A stretch of 64,000 nucleotides of DNA from an uncultured Muribaculaceae bacterium (lineage in GTDB: Bacteria; Bacillota_I; Bacilli_A; RF39; UBA660), in the NCBI GenBank assembly GCA_964408085.1, contig CAYOYB010000003.1:18806-82805 (forward strand), given 5' to 3'. Every line of letters begins with the position of its first letter. The first letter of the stretch is position 1. Positions 29,327 to 38,591 of the stretch are shown piece after piece. The notes beneath the pieces were generated by a model. It did not search any database. It was not told where the DNA came from and saw only the letters and a program-made list of their open reading frames with translations. The position numbers were made by a program, and so were the translations under genes.

Positions 29327-29986
29327 TTAATATTCGTTTTTTAAAGCATTATTTAAAAATGAAACTATGTCTATTTCTTTATTATTTAGTTGAATTTTAT
29401 TACAACAAATATTATTTATATATAATTCTCCTTTTAATAAATCATAAGAAACTTCGCACTTTTCATCAATTACTTGCTTATTATCCAATAATTCAATATT
29501 TGGAAAATCAAAATATAAAGCAAGTTCATTTCCAATATTTTCTTTTTCCACTTTATAAAAATGTCCACAATAAATGCATAAATGTTTACTATGTGGTGTA
29601 TAAGCAAACATACCATTATCAGTATGCATACCTCCACAATATGGGCATTTACTTGCTTCTAAAGTTATATTGTTTAATTTAGAAAGCATTAAGCCACCAT
29701 AATCTTTTAAATCAATGATACTGTCTTTTAATTTTAAAATTCCATTAAATTCTTCATTATTGATAAATACTTTTACATTAGTACTATTATTTAAATTTGG
29801 ATAAATAATTTTGATACTTTCTATATTTGAAGGATTCATCTCTACAATAGTTTCATATTTTTCTTTATATTCACAATCACAATAAATTGGTTCATTTAAA
29901 TCAGTTTTAGTTGCTTTCGTTTTGTGTGATAAACACCAATAATCTAACCCACTATTATTTTCAATATACTTAATATTACATTTCAT
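29327..29986 (-). CDS. Cys-rich (zinc-ribbon-like) hypothetical protein
   Basis: Cys pairs CDCEYKEKYE, CPYCGG, CIYCGH. 219 aa. Confidence 0.45.
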   Translation of the reverse strand: MKCNIKYIENNSGLDYWCLSHKTKATKTDLNEPIYCDCEYKEKYETIVEMNPSNIESIKIIYPNLNNSTNVKVFINNEEFNGILKLKDSIIDLKDYGGLMLSKLNNITLEASKCPYCGGMHTDNGMFAYTPHSKHLCIYCGHFYKVEKENIGNELALYFDFPNIELLDNKQVIDEKCEVSYDLLKGELYINNICCNKIQLNNKEIDIVSFLNNALKNEY

Positions 29987-30005
29987 ACTTTTATCTCCCT
30001 ATATA

Positions 30006-30353
30006 TTAGCGTTTACGACCATTATCAACAGCTTTTTCTCCAGTACCAAATTCCCACATTTTTCTTTCAATATCTTCCATACCATCAATTTCAGAATACT
30101 TATTCCCAAAAACAGCTCGTCTTTTAAGTTCAAAATATTCTTCACATGCTTTTAGATCATTATTACTTATTGCCTTTTTGGCAAGCGTCATAGCGCATGC
30201 TCTATATTGTTCTTCATTAATTGGTAAAGGTTTTATTTCAATAGACGTTATTTTTTCATCTATTTTTTCATCAGGTTCATTCCATCCCCTATCTTCCCAT
30301 TTTTCATCTAATTCTCTAGCCAACCTACCTACTTCATTGTCCATTTTATTCAT
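30006..30353 (-). CDS. small charged hypothetical protein
   Basis: 115 aa, very acidic/basic mix. No motif recognised. Confidence 0.4.
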   Translation of the reverse strand: MNKMDNEVGRLARELDEKWEDRGWNEPDEKIDEKITSIEIKPLPINEEQYRACAMTLAKKAISNNDLKACEEYFELKRRAVFGNKYSEIDGMEDIERKMWEFGTGEKAVDNGRKR

Positions 30354-30422
30354 CTCCTTTATAATAAAAAAACAATTTAAATATAATATGTCAATATATT
30401 AATATATTTCACTATTATTTTA

Positions 30423-31190
30423 TTAATGCTTATTCATACACAATATTTTCTTACGAATACCCAACATCATTTTATCAACAATAACAATAGAAGTATCCAT
30501 TTCATTCATATCAGAGGTATCTAATTTTATTAGCTTATCATTTGATATCTTATTTTCTATTAAAGGTAATAAATGTTCAAACCCCTTTTTTAGTTTAGAA
30601 ACTCTTTCAATTGTTGTTTTATTTCTATCTTCTAAATATATTTGATTAATATAATCTCTAAATACAATTATTTCTGGTTTTGCTAACATAACAAATAACA
30701 GGTCAACGTTTATAATATCTTCGTACAATTTTAATAATATTTGTTCATAAGTATTATCATCAATTTTTCCTTCATCATACATCATTTGATACCAAAAGTA
30801 ATTATCAATCACACCTCTATCTTGTATAATGATAGTGGGATGTTGACAAATTTTTCTACTTAATTCTTTTTTAGATACCTCTAATGTTTTATTATTAAAA
30901 TCTAAATTACTCATGCTAGAAATTTCTTGCTTTGACATAGTTTCTTTAATTAACTGAGCAGGCTCTACTGTTTTTTCAATTGTAATACCAGATTGTTTAA
31001 AGAAATTATAAACTCTATCTAAACTACTACTCTTACCAGTTCTTGGTAAACCTGAAAATTCTGTTATAAAAGGTTCAAAGTTTGGAGTTGAATTAATTAA
31101 TTGTTTTAACTCATACTTTTCTTTATGTAATTTTTCTAAACGCTCTAATAACTGTTCGTTGTTTTTAAAATATTTTCTATATTCTTCCAT
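30423..31190 (-). CDS. P-loop nucleoside/nucleotide-kinase-like protein
   Basis: Walker A EFSGLPRTGKSSS near residue 45. Its size (255 aa) and lid-like region resemble dNK/dNMP-kinase-fold proteins. Confidence 0.45.
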   Translation of the reverse strand: MEEYRKYFKNNEQLLERLEKLHKEKYELKQLINSTPNFEPFITEFSGLPRTGKSSSLDRVYNFFKQSGITIEKTVEPAQLIKETMSKQEISSMSNLDFNNKTLEVSKKELSRKICQHPTIIIQDRGVIDNYFWYQMMYDEGKIDDNTYEQILLKLYEDIINVDLLFVMLAKPEIIVFRDYINQIYLEDRNKTTIERVSKLKKGFEHLLPLIENKISNDKLIKLDTSDMNEMDTSIVIVDKMMLGIRKKILCMNKH

Positions 31191-31212
31191 ACTACGATCT
31201 ACCTATTTTCCT

Positions 31213-31671
31213 TTAATCAATCCAACTTGAAACTTGAAAAACAATCATTTCTGGGTTGTTCTTAACAATATATTTAATAATATCATTATCATCATCTATA
31301 ATGATATTAACATTATTTATATCAATATTTTCTTTTAAATATTTACTTTTTAATTCCTTAGAAGAAAAACTATTATTTTCTACATTTTCCTTTGATATAA
31401 ATATAACATTATTTATATCAAAAAAAGGCATATATTTTTTTATCCATTCAATCTTGTCTTTAACAATTATATCATTTTTACAAATAGTTAAAATTTTTAT
31501 TTTAATATCTTTTTCAAGTAAATCTTTAATTCTTTTTATATTACTTTGTAATGGTCTAATTGTATTATAATCAAAATTGCCAATATCATATTCTGCAATT
31601 ACACCATCCATATCGACATATATATCAATATTTTTATTATTATATTTATCTAATGTATCATAAAATTTCAT
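31213..31671 (-). CDS. 5'(3')-deoxyribonucleotidase (NT5C-type HAD hydrolase)
   Basis: HAD motif I IYVDMDGVIAEY (DxDGV), typical of the NT5C family. The start MKFYD at 31671 is preceded by GGGGGAG. Confidence 0.6.
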   Translation of the reverse strand: MKFYDTLDKYNNKNIDIYVDMDGVIAEYDIGNFDYNTIRPLQSNIKRIKDLLEKDIKIKILTICKNDIIVKDKIEWIKKYMPFFDINNVIFISKENVENNSFSSKELKSKYLKENIDINNVNIIIDDDNDIIKYIVKNNPEMIVFQVSSWID

Positions 31672-31805
31672 ATTACTCCCCCAACTCAAATTGACTACTT
31701 ATTATTGTTAGAATGTATTCTTAATTAATAAATAGCTACCTTAATCATTATACTACTTTTTATAAATTTTTTCTACTTTACATTAATTTATATTTGTTTA
31801 TGCAA

Positions 31806-31834
31806 ACAAAAAAAAGCCTTATTTTAGAGGCTTT
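31806..31834 (-). terminator. intrinsic terminator after 31906..32613
   Basis: aagcct-tattttag-aggctt hairpin with an A-run on plus (U-run on minus). Confidence 0.5.
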
Positions 31835-31905
31835 TAGTTTTAAAAGTATGTACAAGAAGAATATTGTTTACAACTTTAAAATCATAATAATTGAAAACTT
31901 TTATT

Positions 31906-32613
31906 TTAATCATCTATATATTTGCCTACTATTGCCCAAGATAATATTTTTCCTTTAACTTTTTCATCATAAGAAATATTATCTGGAAATTCAGAAAGAC
32001 CCCAATAGTTTAAAAGTTCATTTGCTACATTCTTTATCATTTCTCTTTTAGATTTATGATCTTGTAATCTAAGATTAATTTCATCGCTGCGTTTACCTTG
32101 ATTTTTATAGTTTTCTGTCAATTTATTCGCCAATTCACTGGTATATCCTTTGCTATCATAAATAGTAATTTCAACTTTTGGTCTTAATACATGTTCAATT
32201 TCTAATAAAGGAAACGCAAACAGTCCTGTATAACTATAACCATCTATCTTTAACCAATTTTTATCTGGCAACGCAACATTTACTTCTATCTTATCTTGTT
32301 CAATACTATTACTTTGTTTAAGTTTTCTTAAAACACCTTCATATAAATTATACCTAGCAACATAAATGAATAATGGATTCCCTATTAGCTCTCCATTTAA
32401 TTTATCATTTTCAAATACTGAAACCTCTAAATTTAAAAGTGATTTAAAATACTCAAGTTGTTCCCTATTTAAATTATAGATATTTTGGTTTATGTCAAAA
32501 AGTAATTTATCTTTGTCAGTTAATAAACTGTCTATATCATTAAGGCTTTTATGTTCAGCACTTGGTGGTATATCTATTTCAAAAAGTCCTTTTTGTGTAT
32601 CATTTTTTGTCAT
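31906..32613 (-). CDS. hypothetical protein
   Basis: 235-aa ORF with GGAGGAG RBS. No recognisable motif. Confidence 0.5.
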   Translation of the reverse strand: MTKNDTQKGLFEIDIPPSAEHKSLNDIDSLLTDKDKLLFDINQNIYNLNREQLEYFKSLLNLEVSVFENDKLNGELIGNPLFIYVARYNLYEGVLRKLKQSNSIEQDKIEVNVALPDKNWLKIDGYSYTGLFAFPLLEIEHVLRPKVEITIYDSKGYTSELANKLTENYKNQGKRSDEINLRLQDHKSKREMIKNVANELLNYWGLSEFPDNISYDEKVKGKILSWAIVGKYIDD

Positions 32614-32959
32614 AAGCTCTCCTCCTAGGTATTATAATATAATTTTATCCTTTTAATAAATACAACTAATCAATATTTTAATACAAATAATATTTTCATT
32701 ATGAAAGTTTGTTTCTAAATATCAAGATACAATTTTGTCTACATAAATATTATATCATAAACTTTAAATATTAAAAAATATAACCTTCATAAAATTTAAA
32801 AATTCGATTTTTCTATCAATTTGGTACTAGATTAGGTGTCACTTGGATATTTTTATAAAAATAATTCCTATAATTATTGTACTATATATTTTATAAAATG
32901 TATTTAAAAGAATGAAAAAATATGTTATAATAATCAACTAAATTGGAGGTTTTGTTTTT

Positions 32960-33706
32960 ATGAATAAAGAGTATATATACATAGATGGTAAAGCTATAAT
33001 AAAAGATGATAAAGGAAATCAAGTACCAATTGAATATTATGATAATTTAGATAAGGTATTAGTTCAAGAAAATTTAGTTGAAACTATGGAAAAAAGAATT
33101 AAAGAATTAGAAAAAGAAAGTGAACAATATAAAAAATATAATAAAAAACGTTATATCCCCACTATTTTCCCTATGGCTGCAATTATAGCAATAATAGGTG
33201 CACCTATAATGGCTTATTTTCTAGGAGATACTAGTGTATTTACATCACAAATTGATACAGTATTTGGAACTATGAATAAAGCATTATTTTTTAGTATCTT
33301 TTTCTCTACTGTACTTTTACCATTAGGAGCTTTTTTAGAAGCTCATATGTATTACATCTATAAACGTGCAATAAAAGAAGAAAAAGGAATTAATAGCGAA
33401 CTTGAACTTTTAAAGAAAGAAATAGTTGTGGAAAAAGAAAAATTAATTAATTTACAAAAAGAAAAAACACGAGATGAAGAAAATAAAGAATTTAGAGTTG
33501 TGACAGTAGATGATTTAAAAGTATTGGAGGACTTTAAAAATCTTAGACAATTATATTTTGATTTAGGATATAATGGTGAAAAATATTACAAATATTATCA
33601 AAATGGTATATTGGATAATAAATTAGGGGAATATTATACTGAAGATGGAATAGAGATTGCCAAACAATATTTAGAAGAAAAAGGTCCTACACTAACAAAA
33701 AAATAA
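32960..33706 (+). CDS. membrane protein, function unknown
   Basis: 248 aa. GGAGG RBS. Two to three TM helices centrally (IPTIFPMAAIIAIIGAPIMAYF; LFFSIFFSTVLLPLGAF), flanked by coiled-coil-like charged segments. Confidence 0.5.
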   Translation: MNKEYIYIDGKAIIKDDKGNQVPIEYYDNLDKVLVQENLVETMEKRIKELEKESEQYKKYNKKRYIPTIFPMAAIIAIIGAPIMAYFLGDTSVFTSQIDTVFGTMNKALFFSIFFSTVLLPLGAFLEAHMYYIYKRAIKEEKGINSELELLKKEIVVEKEKLINLQKEKTRDEENKEFRVVTVDDLKVLEDFKNLRQLYFDLGYNGEKYYKYYQNGILDNKLGEYYTEDGIEIAKQYLEEKGPTLTKK

Positions 33707-33844
33707 CCAATTATTAAATAAAAAAATAGGTCGATTTAGAAATATATTTTAATTAGAGGATTGTAATCTGTGATTTACAGGTAACAGTTCTTTTCTTTTT
33801 TTGATTCTTTTATATAAATAATAAATTTATCGTATATCTATAGT

Positions 33845-34543
33845 TTAGTTTTTATAACCACATAAACTTTTTGTAAGTTGTTTAACATTTTCTTCAATTG
33901 AATCGTGATTTAAAGCAATATATTTATTATGGTTATAAAATAATTCAACTAATGATTCTTGATATTTTTCATAATCTATTTCATAATCATTTTCAGTATA
34001 CATTATTATATGATTAAAATGATTTTTACCTATATATAGCAATCCTTCGCTTGGACGATATTGAGGTTCTAATAAGCAGCCATTTTTAGTATGTAATATA
34101 CATGGGTTATCACCATTAGCTATTTTGGAATCAAGTAGTATTGTGCTAATCAATTTTTCATCGGCAAGCCCTCTAGGTCTTAGATATACATTTTTCATAT
34201 TATAAGAAACAGCTAAAACTACAAGACCTGTATTTAATATATTTAGCATATATTCAGGGTTATTTATATCTAAAAAATCATTTGGTGAAAAAGCACAAGG
34301 AAATCGCTTGCAACAAGTCCCACAAGTTTTACATTTAGAAGAAGAGCAAAATGTTTTTTCGATATCTAATTTGGAATAATCACTTGTTATTTCAAAATGA
34401 TCTATATCTGGAGCACGATTATTATGTATATTAACTAATTTGATAAGTTCTTTCTTTTTATGAATTAAATATTGTTCCTCTAATGACATAATTATCACGC
34501 TTTCTAAAACTAAATGTATTCTTTTATTTTTAGTTACATACAT
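33845..34543 (-). CDS. YkgJ-family Cys-cluster (CxxCxxCC) protein
   Basis: CSSSKCKTCGTCCKRFPC matches the YkgJ/PF03692 zinc/iron-chelating motif. The alternative start MSLEEQ at 34489 is possible. Confidence 0.5.
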   Translation of the reverse strand: MYVTKNKRIHLVLESVIIMSLEEQYLIHKKKELIKLVNIHNNRAPDIDHFEITSDYSKLDIEKTFCSSSKCKTCGTCCKRFPCAFSPNDFLDINNPEYMLNILNTGLVVLAVSYNMKNVYLRPRGLADEKLISTILLDSKIANGDNPCILHTKNGCLLEPQYRPSEGLLYIGKNHFNHIIMYTENDYEIDYEKYQESLVELFYNHNKYIALNHDSIEENVKQLTKSLCGYKN

Positions 34544-34740
34544 TCAAATTAATATATTGTATTTCTGTTTAGCGTGTATTATATAGCAAAATATTATATA
34601 ATGTCAAATTTATTTTTTATGCTTTAATAGTATTTAAATAATTAAACTATTGTAAAGAATAAAAAAAGTTAAAGGCTTTTAAATTAGTACATAAATTATG
34701 ATTGTTTAAAAATGTTTATTAAAGTTAAATTTAATAAACA

Positions 34741-35475
34741 TTAATTTTGGTAAACTTTTACATATTCAATTTCATAAACAAGTGGCATATCACTATTCTT
34801 TGGTTTTAAACCTTTTCTTCCAATTGCTAAATTAAGTAATATATAATATTTTTTCTTAAATTTATTACCTTGTATATTTTTTATATTTATTTGATTAATT
34901 AATTCATCATCAATATATATTTTCATATAATCCTCTTGCCAATCTAATTTCCATACATGAAATTTATTTTGCCATTCACTATCCTTATTTTTAAAATAAT
35001 CAATTGAAAGTTGTTTAGATGACCAATTATATTCTCCATTATTTGACCACATAAAATTAGCTAATATTGAAGGACTATCACCACACATATAATACTCCAT
35101 TACATCAACTTCATCACAAAAAGGATATTCTTCTTCACTGCCTAACAACCATATTGCAGGCCATGAACCATCTGCTGTAGGAATTTTTGCTTTTACTTCT
35201 AAAATGCCATATTTAAATTCAAATTTTCCTTTAGTATTTATTGAGGATGAAGTAAATTCAGCATATTCTCTATTTCTTCTCCAATCATCATTATTAGGTT
35301 CATATAAATCATTTTTGATATTTTCTTTTTTACCATAAATTTTCAAACCATTTGAAAGAGCTATATTTTTATTTGTATAATATTGTAATTCGTAATTTCT
35401 TATAAACCCTTCTTCAAAATTCCAGTTATCTAAATTATTAAAATAATCTGCAAATACTAATTTCATTATTATCAC
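34741..35475 (-). CDS. glycoside hydrolase family 16 (beta-glucanase/laminarinase-like)
   Basis: GH16 catalytic motif DEVDVME (ExDxxE) and surrounding beta-jelly-roll blocks (WPAIWLLG). No obvious signal peptide. Confidence 0.65.
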   Translation of the reverse strand: MIIMKLVFADYFNNLDNWNFEEGFIRNYELQYYTNKNIALSNGLKIYGKKENIKNDLYEPNNDDWRRNREYAEFTSSSINTKGKFEFKYGILEVKAKIPTADGSWPAIWLLGSEEEYPFCDEVDVMEYYMCGDSPSILANFMWSNNGEYNWSSKQLSIDYFKNKDSEWQNKFHVWKLDWQEDYMKIYIDDELINQINIKNIQGNKFKKKYYILLNLAIGRKGLKPKNSDMPLVYEIEYVKVYQN

Positions 35476-35514
35476 TTCTCCATAAATATTTTAACATATT
35501 ATTTAATTAAATAA

Positions 35515-35573
35515 CAAAGGCTAACCAAAATTAACCTTTCATATAATTTAAAATAGATTAATTCAACTAATTT
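35515..35573. repeat. Partial copy of the tRNA-Arg downstream flank (terminator hairpin + spacer); putative old attachment-site scar
   Basis: aaaggctaaccaaaattaacctttcatataatttaaaatagattaattcaactaattt aligns with 46975-47036 (aaaggttaaccgaaattaacctttaatatatttaaagtcgattagttcgactaattt). Confidence 0.5.
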
Positions 35574-35589
35574 TTGGGAAATAATTACT

Positions 35590-35900
35590 TATTCAATCTC
35601 TTTTCATATATATAGCCTTGTTCTGTAACAACATTTTTACATTTATCAAGTTCACCATTTGGAATAGTCTTTTCATATATTTTTTTACAACCAAGACTTT
35701 CATAAAGCCTAGAATTGCAAAATTCATAAGTTAATATTTATAAACATTTAACATTATCTTGCTTAGCATATTCAAATAACCATTTTTTCTGTTTCATCTA
35801 ATATTTCAAGTAAATAAATCCAAACATGCACGTTACCCTTTTCTCTAGAAAAATTTTACTCAAGTCTCATCCATTTGCATAACACAACTGCCTGTTTAAT
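35590..35900 (-). pseudogene. GNAT acetyltransferase remnant (multiple frameshifts)
   Basis: No intact ORF. Minus-strand frames read ...GNVHVWIYLLEILDETEKMVI... and ...LYESLGCKKIYEKTIPNGELDKCKNVVTEQGYIYEKRLNK*, i.e. the GNAT C-terminal motif (FYEKLGF-like), split across frames. Confidence 0.35.
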
Positions 35901-35928
35901 TTCATACTTTCATCGTCAAAATACTTTT

Positions 35929-36669
35929 TTAATTATTATCCATATAGATATAATTATAATATTTATAGAGATTTTCACAATTTTCTTTTACAAAAACAAT
36001 ATTTTTTTCAATTAAGTATTTAACTATATCACTAGCATTATAGTTATTTCCATAGGTAAGTAAAGAAATCTTTTTTGGTTCTATTATTTTATTAGAAAAG
36101 GTATGCATATTCCAGTATTCCATTTGTTTTTCAGATACATTACTATCGTAAGCATATAAATCTTCAATATAACTCGCTGGATAATTTGAAAACGCCTTCA
36201 CCTCATCAACATCATCAAAACTAAAATCAATATTTTCTTCTAAATCTAAAATCAAGTAGACACTATTATCTAAAATATTTTTCAATTTTCTATAAGACCA
36301 TATAGATTTATTTCTGCTTTTCTTATTATTAGAAATTATTGTTTTATGTATTATTTTAGGAAAGAAACTAACTTTTAAAAGATATGCGCCTATCCAATAT
36401 ATTAAATTACTTTTGGGCTTCGCAATAAGCCATTTAATCCAAGTGTCCATAATAACTAAAGCACCTTTATCTCCAACAGAAAAAAATATTTTTTTGCTTT
36501 TTTCAATAATTTTAGCATTTATCCCAATTTTAGGAATCAATCCTTTTTCTATAATACTATTTAAATTATTAACATTAGTATAATGAAGAAAAATATTATT
36601 TAGATTGACTTTGGAAATATCATTAGTATTTATATTTAATAGTATATCGTCTTTCATAATAATTCTCAC
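35929..36669 (-). CDS. hypothetical protein with DarT/DUF4433-like N-terminal motif (possible ADP-ribosyltransferase toxin)
   Basis: IFLHYTNVNNLNSIIEKGLIPK parallels the DarT N-terminal signature (IYHITHIDNLKGILRMGKL; HxT...NLxSI...GL). The rest is unassigned. 246 aa. Confidence 0.35.
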   Translation of the reverse strand: MRIIMKDDILLNINTNDISKVNLNNIFLHYTNVNNLNSIIEKGLIPKIGINAKIIEKSKKIFFSVGDKGALVIMDTWIKWLIAKPKSNLIYWIGAYLLKVSFFPKIIHKTIISNNKKSRNKSIWSYRKLKNILDNSVYLILDLEENIDFSFDDVDEVKAFSNYPASYIEDLYAYDSNVSEKQMEYWNMHTFSNKIIEPKKISLLTYGNNYNASDIVKYLIEKNIVFVKENCENLYKYYNYIYMDNN

Positions 36670-37153
36670 CTATTTCTTGTTATTAATAAGTTACCATTTT
36701 ATATAAATACATTTTAGCATATTTTTGGTTTAAATAATAGGGTTATTAATTCAGTATTAACTACTCACAGTGAACTATTATACATGGCTATATTATGAAA
36801 AATTATAACTACTAGTATAGGTTTGTTTTTTATTTCTTAGTAAGAAGAAAAATTTTATTTTTAAAGACTTATATTCTATTTTTAAAATAATGCAAACTAT
36901 TTTAAATAAAATTAAATCATAAAAAAAATTGCCTAAGCAAATATTTTATAAAGTGGTGCCTCTAGTGGTTAGATACCAAACTGCCACAAAGGAAAGTTAT
37001 TCCACCTCAAGTACAACCAAATTATACTGCACAATCTTTAACAATGGAACAAATTTATAACAAAAATATAACTTTTTTATAACAAATTTTTGGAAGAAAT
37101 AAATTTTTCAAAATACTTAACACATAAATTTATAATTAAAAATCAAATCAATT

Positions 37154-37546
37154 TTATAATATCTCAATTTCATCATCTATTAATATATCGTATTCATCAT
37201 CAAAATAATGAGCAATAATATGAAAAATAATATGAAATTTTTTTTCATTTATTCTTATTATATTACAGTCGTATTGTCCATAAATAATAATTGATATCCA
37301 ACCTTTTTCGTCTTCAAACGTAACATCAGTTATATATTCTTTAATATCTGTTTTAATTCCAAACGCAGTATTTTCAAACATCTCTTTCGAAAAAGTAAAT
37401 TCTAATCCAATAAATGTATTATTAACATTAAATGTAATAAATGGAGCAATTCCAGTTCTTTTGTGACCATAGGAACTGACTGAAAAATTTCCCCATAAAA
37501 TTTTTGTTTCAAATTTATTGTATTCTATATTATTAATTTTTATCAT
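37154..37546 (-). CDS. hypothetical protein (130 aa)
   Basis: ORF with no recognisable motif, located between the DarT-like gene and the element boundary repeat. Confidence 0.4.
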   Translation of the reverse strand: MIKINNIEYNKFETKILWGNFSVSSYGHKRTGIAPFITFNVNNTFIGLEFTFSKEMFENTAFGIKTDIKEYITDVTFEDEKGWISIIIYGQYDCNIIRINEKKFHIIFHIIAHYFDDEYDILIDDEIEIL

Positions 37547-37591
37547 TTTAAATACTTACCTTTCAAATTTAATAAAAGCAAACCACAGAGG

Positions 37592-37614
37592 GTTCGTCTA
37601 ATTTCCCTATGGTG
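37592..37614. repeat. attL-like direct repeat (copy of tRNA-Arg 3' end + flank)
   Basis: gttcgtctaatttccctatggtg is 22/23 identical to 47023-47045, followed by a degenerate tRNA-like stretch acctaaggcgaacg. Confidence 0.6.
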
Positions 37615-37637
37615 ACCTAAGGCGAACGTTCAACAAC

Positions 37638-38402
37638 TTATTTTTTATCATTTTCAACTAAAATATATTGGCAAAAATCAAACTTACTATTGAACTTATT
37701 TACAACATTCTTCAAACTTTTTTCACTGCAAGTAATAGTAATAATTACATCTTTTTTATATAAAGTCAATAAATCTTTTAATATATCCTCTATAACTTGT
37801 TCTTCTTCGCTTAATAAACATCTAATACATAATTTATTATTGTAATTAAAATAGTTACTTGAAATATCTCCATAATTTGGATCATAATCAAAGTTTTTAT
37901 AATCAACTATTCCAACAATTCTTCCCATTTTTCGATAAACTCTATATTCAAACCCTTCATTATTAAACATTTTCTCATCATATTCTTGATACTGCTTGTT
38001 GGGATTAAGATACATAGAATTTTCTTGAGATATTTTATTGATAATTTTTAAATAAAAATTCTTTTCTTCTTGATTTAAAGTGTTAGAAACTTCATAAGCA
38101 TTTAATTTAAAATTTTTAGATTTTTTAATTGTGTATTGATAATTTAAAACTTTTAAACCATTTTTATACAGCATTTTTTCCATAATTGAAGAATCATATT
38201 CGACAAAAAGAACTCTAATGTCTTTTGAATTCTTTAATTGCTGGATAACATAATTTATAAAATCTAAATCATATTTTTCGTTAATAAAAATTGTATCAAA
38301 AATGCAGTCATCTTCATAATGCACTATTTCCAATTCTGAACCATCTAACAAATTTTTAAATATTATTTTATCATTTTCTATTACTTTAATGTATTTTTCC
38401 AT
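37638..38402 (-). CDS. hypothetical protein (254 aa; possibly GNAT-like fold)
   Basis: ORF preceded by the repeated promoter/operator element. The block YRVYRKMGRIVGIVDY hints weakly at an acyl-CoA N-acyltransferase beta-strand. Confidence 0.45.
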   Translation of the reverse strand: MEKYIKVIENDKIIFKNLLDGSELEIVHYEDDCIFDTIFINEKYDLDFINYVIQQLKNSKDIRVLFVEYDSSIMEKMLYKNGLKVLNYQYTIKKSKNFKLNAYEVSNTLNQEEKNFYLKIINKISQENSMYLNPNKQYQEYDEKMFNNEGFEYRVYRKMGRIVGIVDYKNFDYDPNYGDISSNYFNYNNKLCIRCLLSEEEQVIEDILKDLLTLYKKDVIITITCSEKSLKNVVNKFNSKFDFCQYILVENDKK

Positions 38403-38442
38403 AATTCTCCTCTAAAAGTATAATAACAATGTCATTATACAA

Positions 38443-38590
38443 GTGTGTTTTCAAATTGGCAAAATTCAGTTTACATCTACGAAGAATTATATCATATTTT
38501 CAAGCATATTAAAATTCGAACCTTCTATAGATTTTAAAAGTTCGAGTTTTCTATCAATCTGGTGCCCGAGAGAGAGAAGTACAACGACTT
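38443..38590 (-). promoter_or_regulatory. Repeated ~150-nt promoter/operator element, copy 1 (copy 2 at 39350..39500; partial third copy 32797..32835)
   Basis: Near-identical blocks caagtgtgttt.caaattg.caaaattca...attatatcatatttt...ttcgaac-N19-gttcgag...ttttctatcaatctggtgcc. The minus strand gives an extended -10 TGATATAAT and inverted repeat CTCGAAC...GTTCGAG. Confidence 0.5.
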
Positions 38591-38591
38591 T

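Noticed and set aside
36940-37030. Possible tRNA-like/sRNA sequence (ggtgcctctagtggttagataccaaactgccacaaagg...)
   Set aside because: I could not fold it into an acceptor/D/anticodon/T cloverleaf. There are no conserved GTTC/TTCGA T-loop or CCA features.
37615-37640. Second complete tRNA at the left repeat
   Set aside because: Only a ~20-nt degenerate fragment (acctaaggcgaacg) resembling the tRNA 3' portion is present, with no full cloverleaf. It is interpreted as an integration scar.
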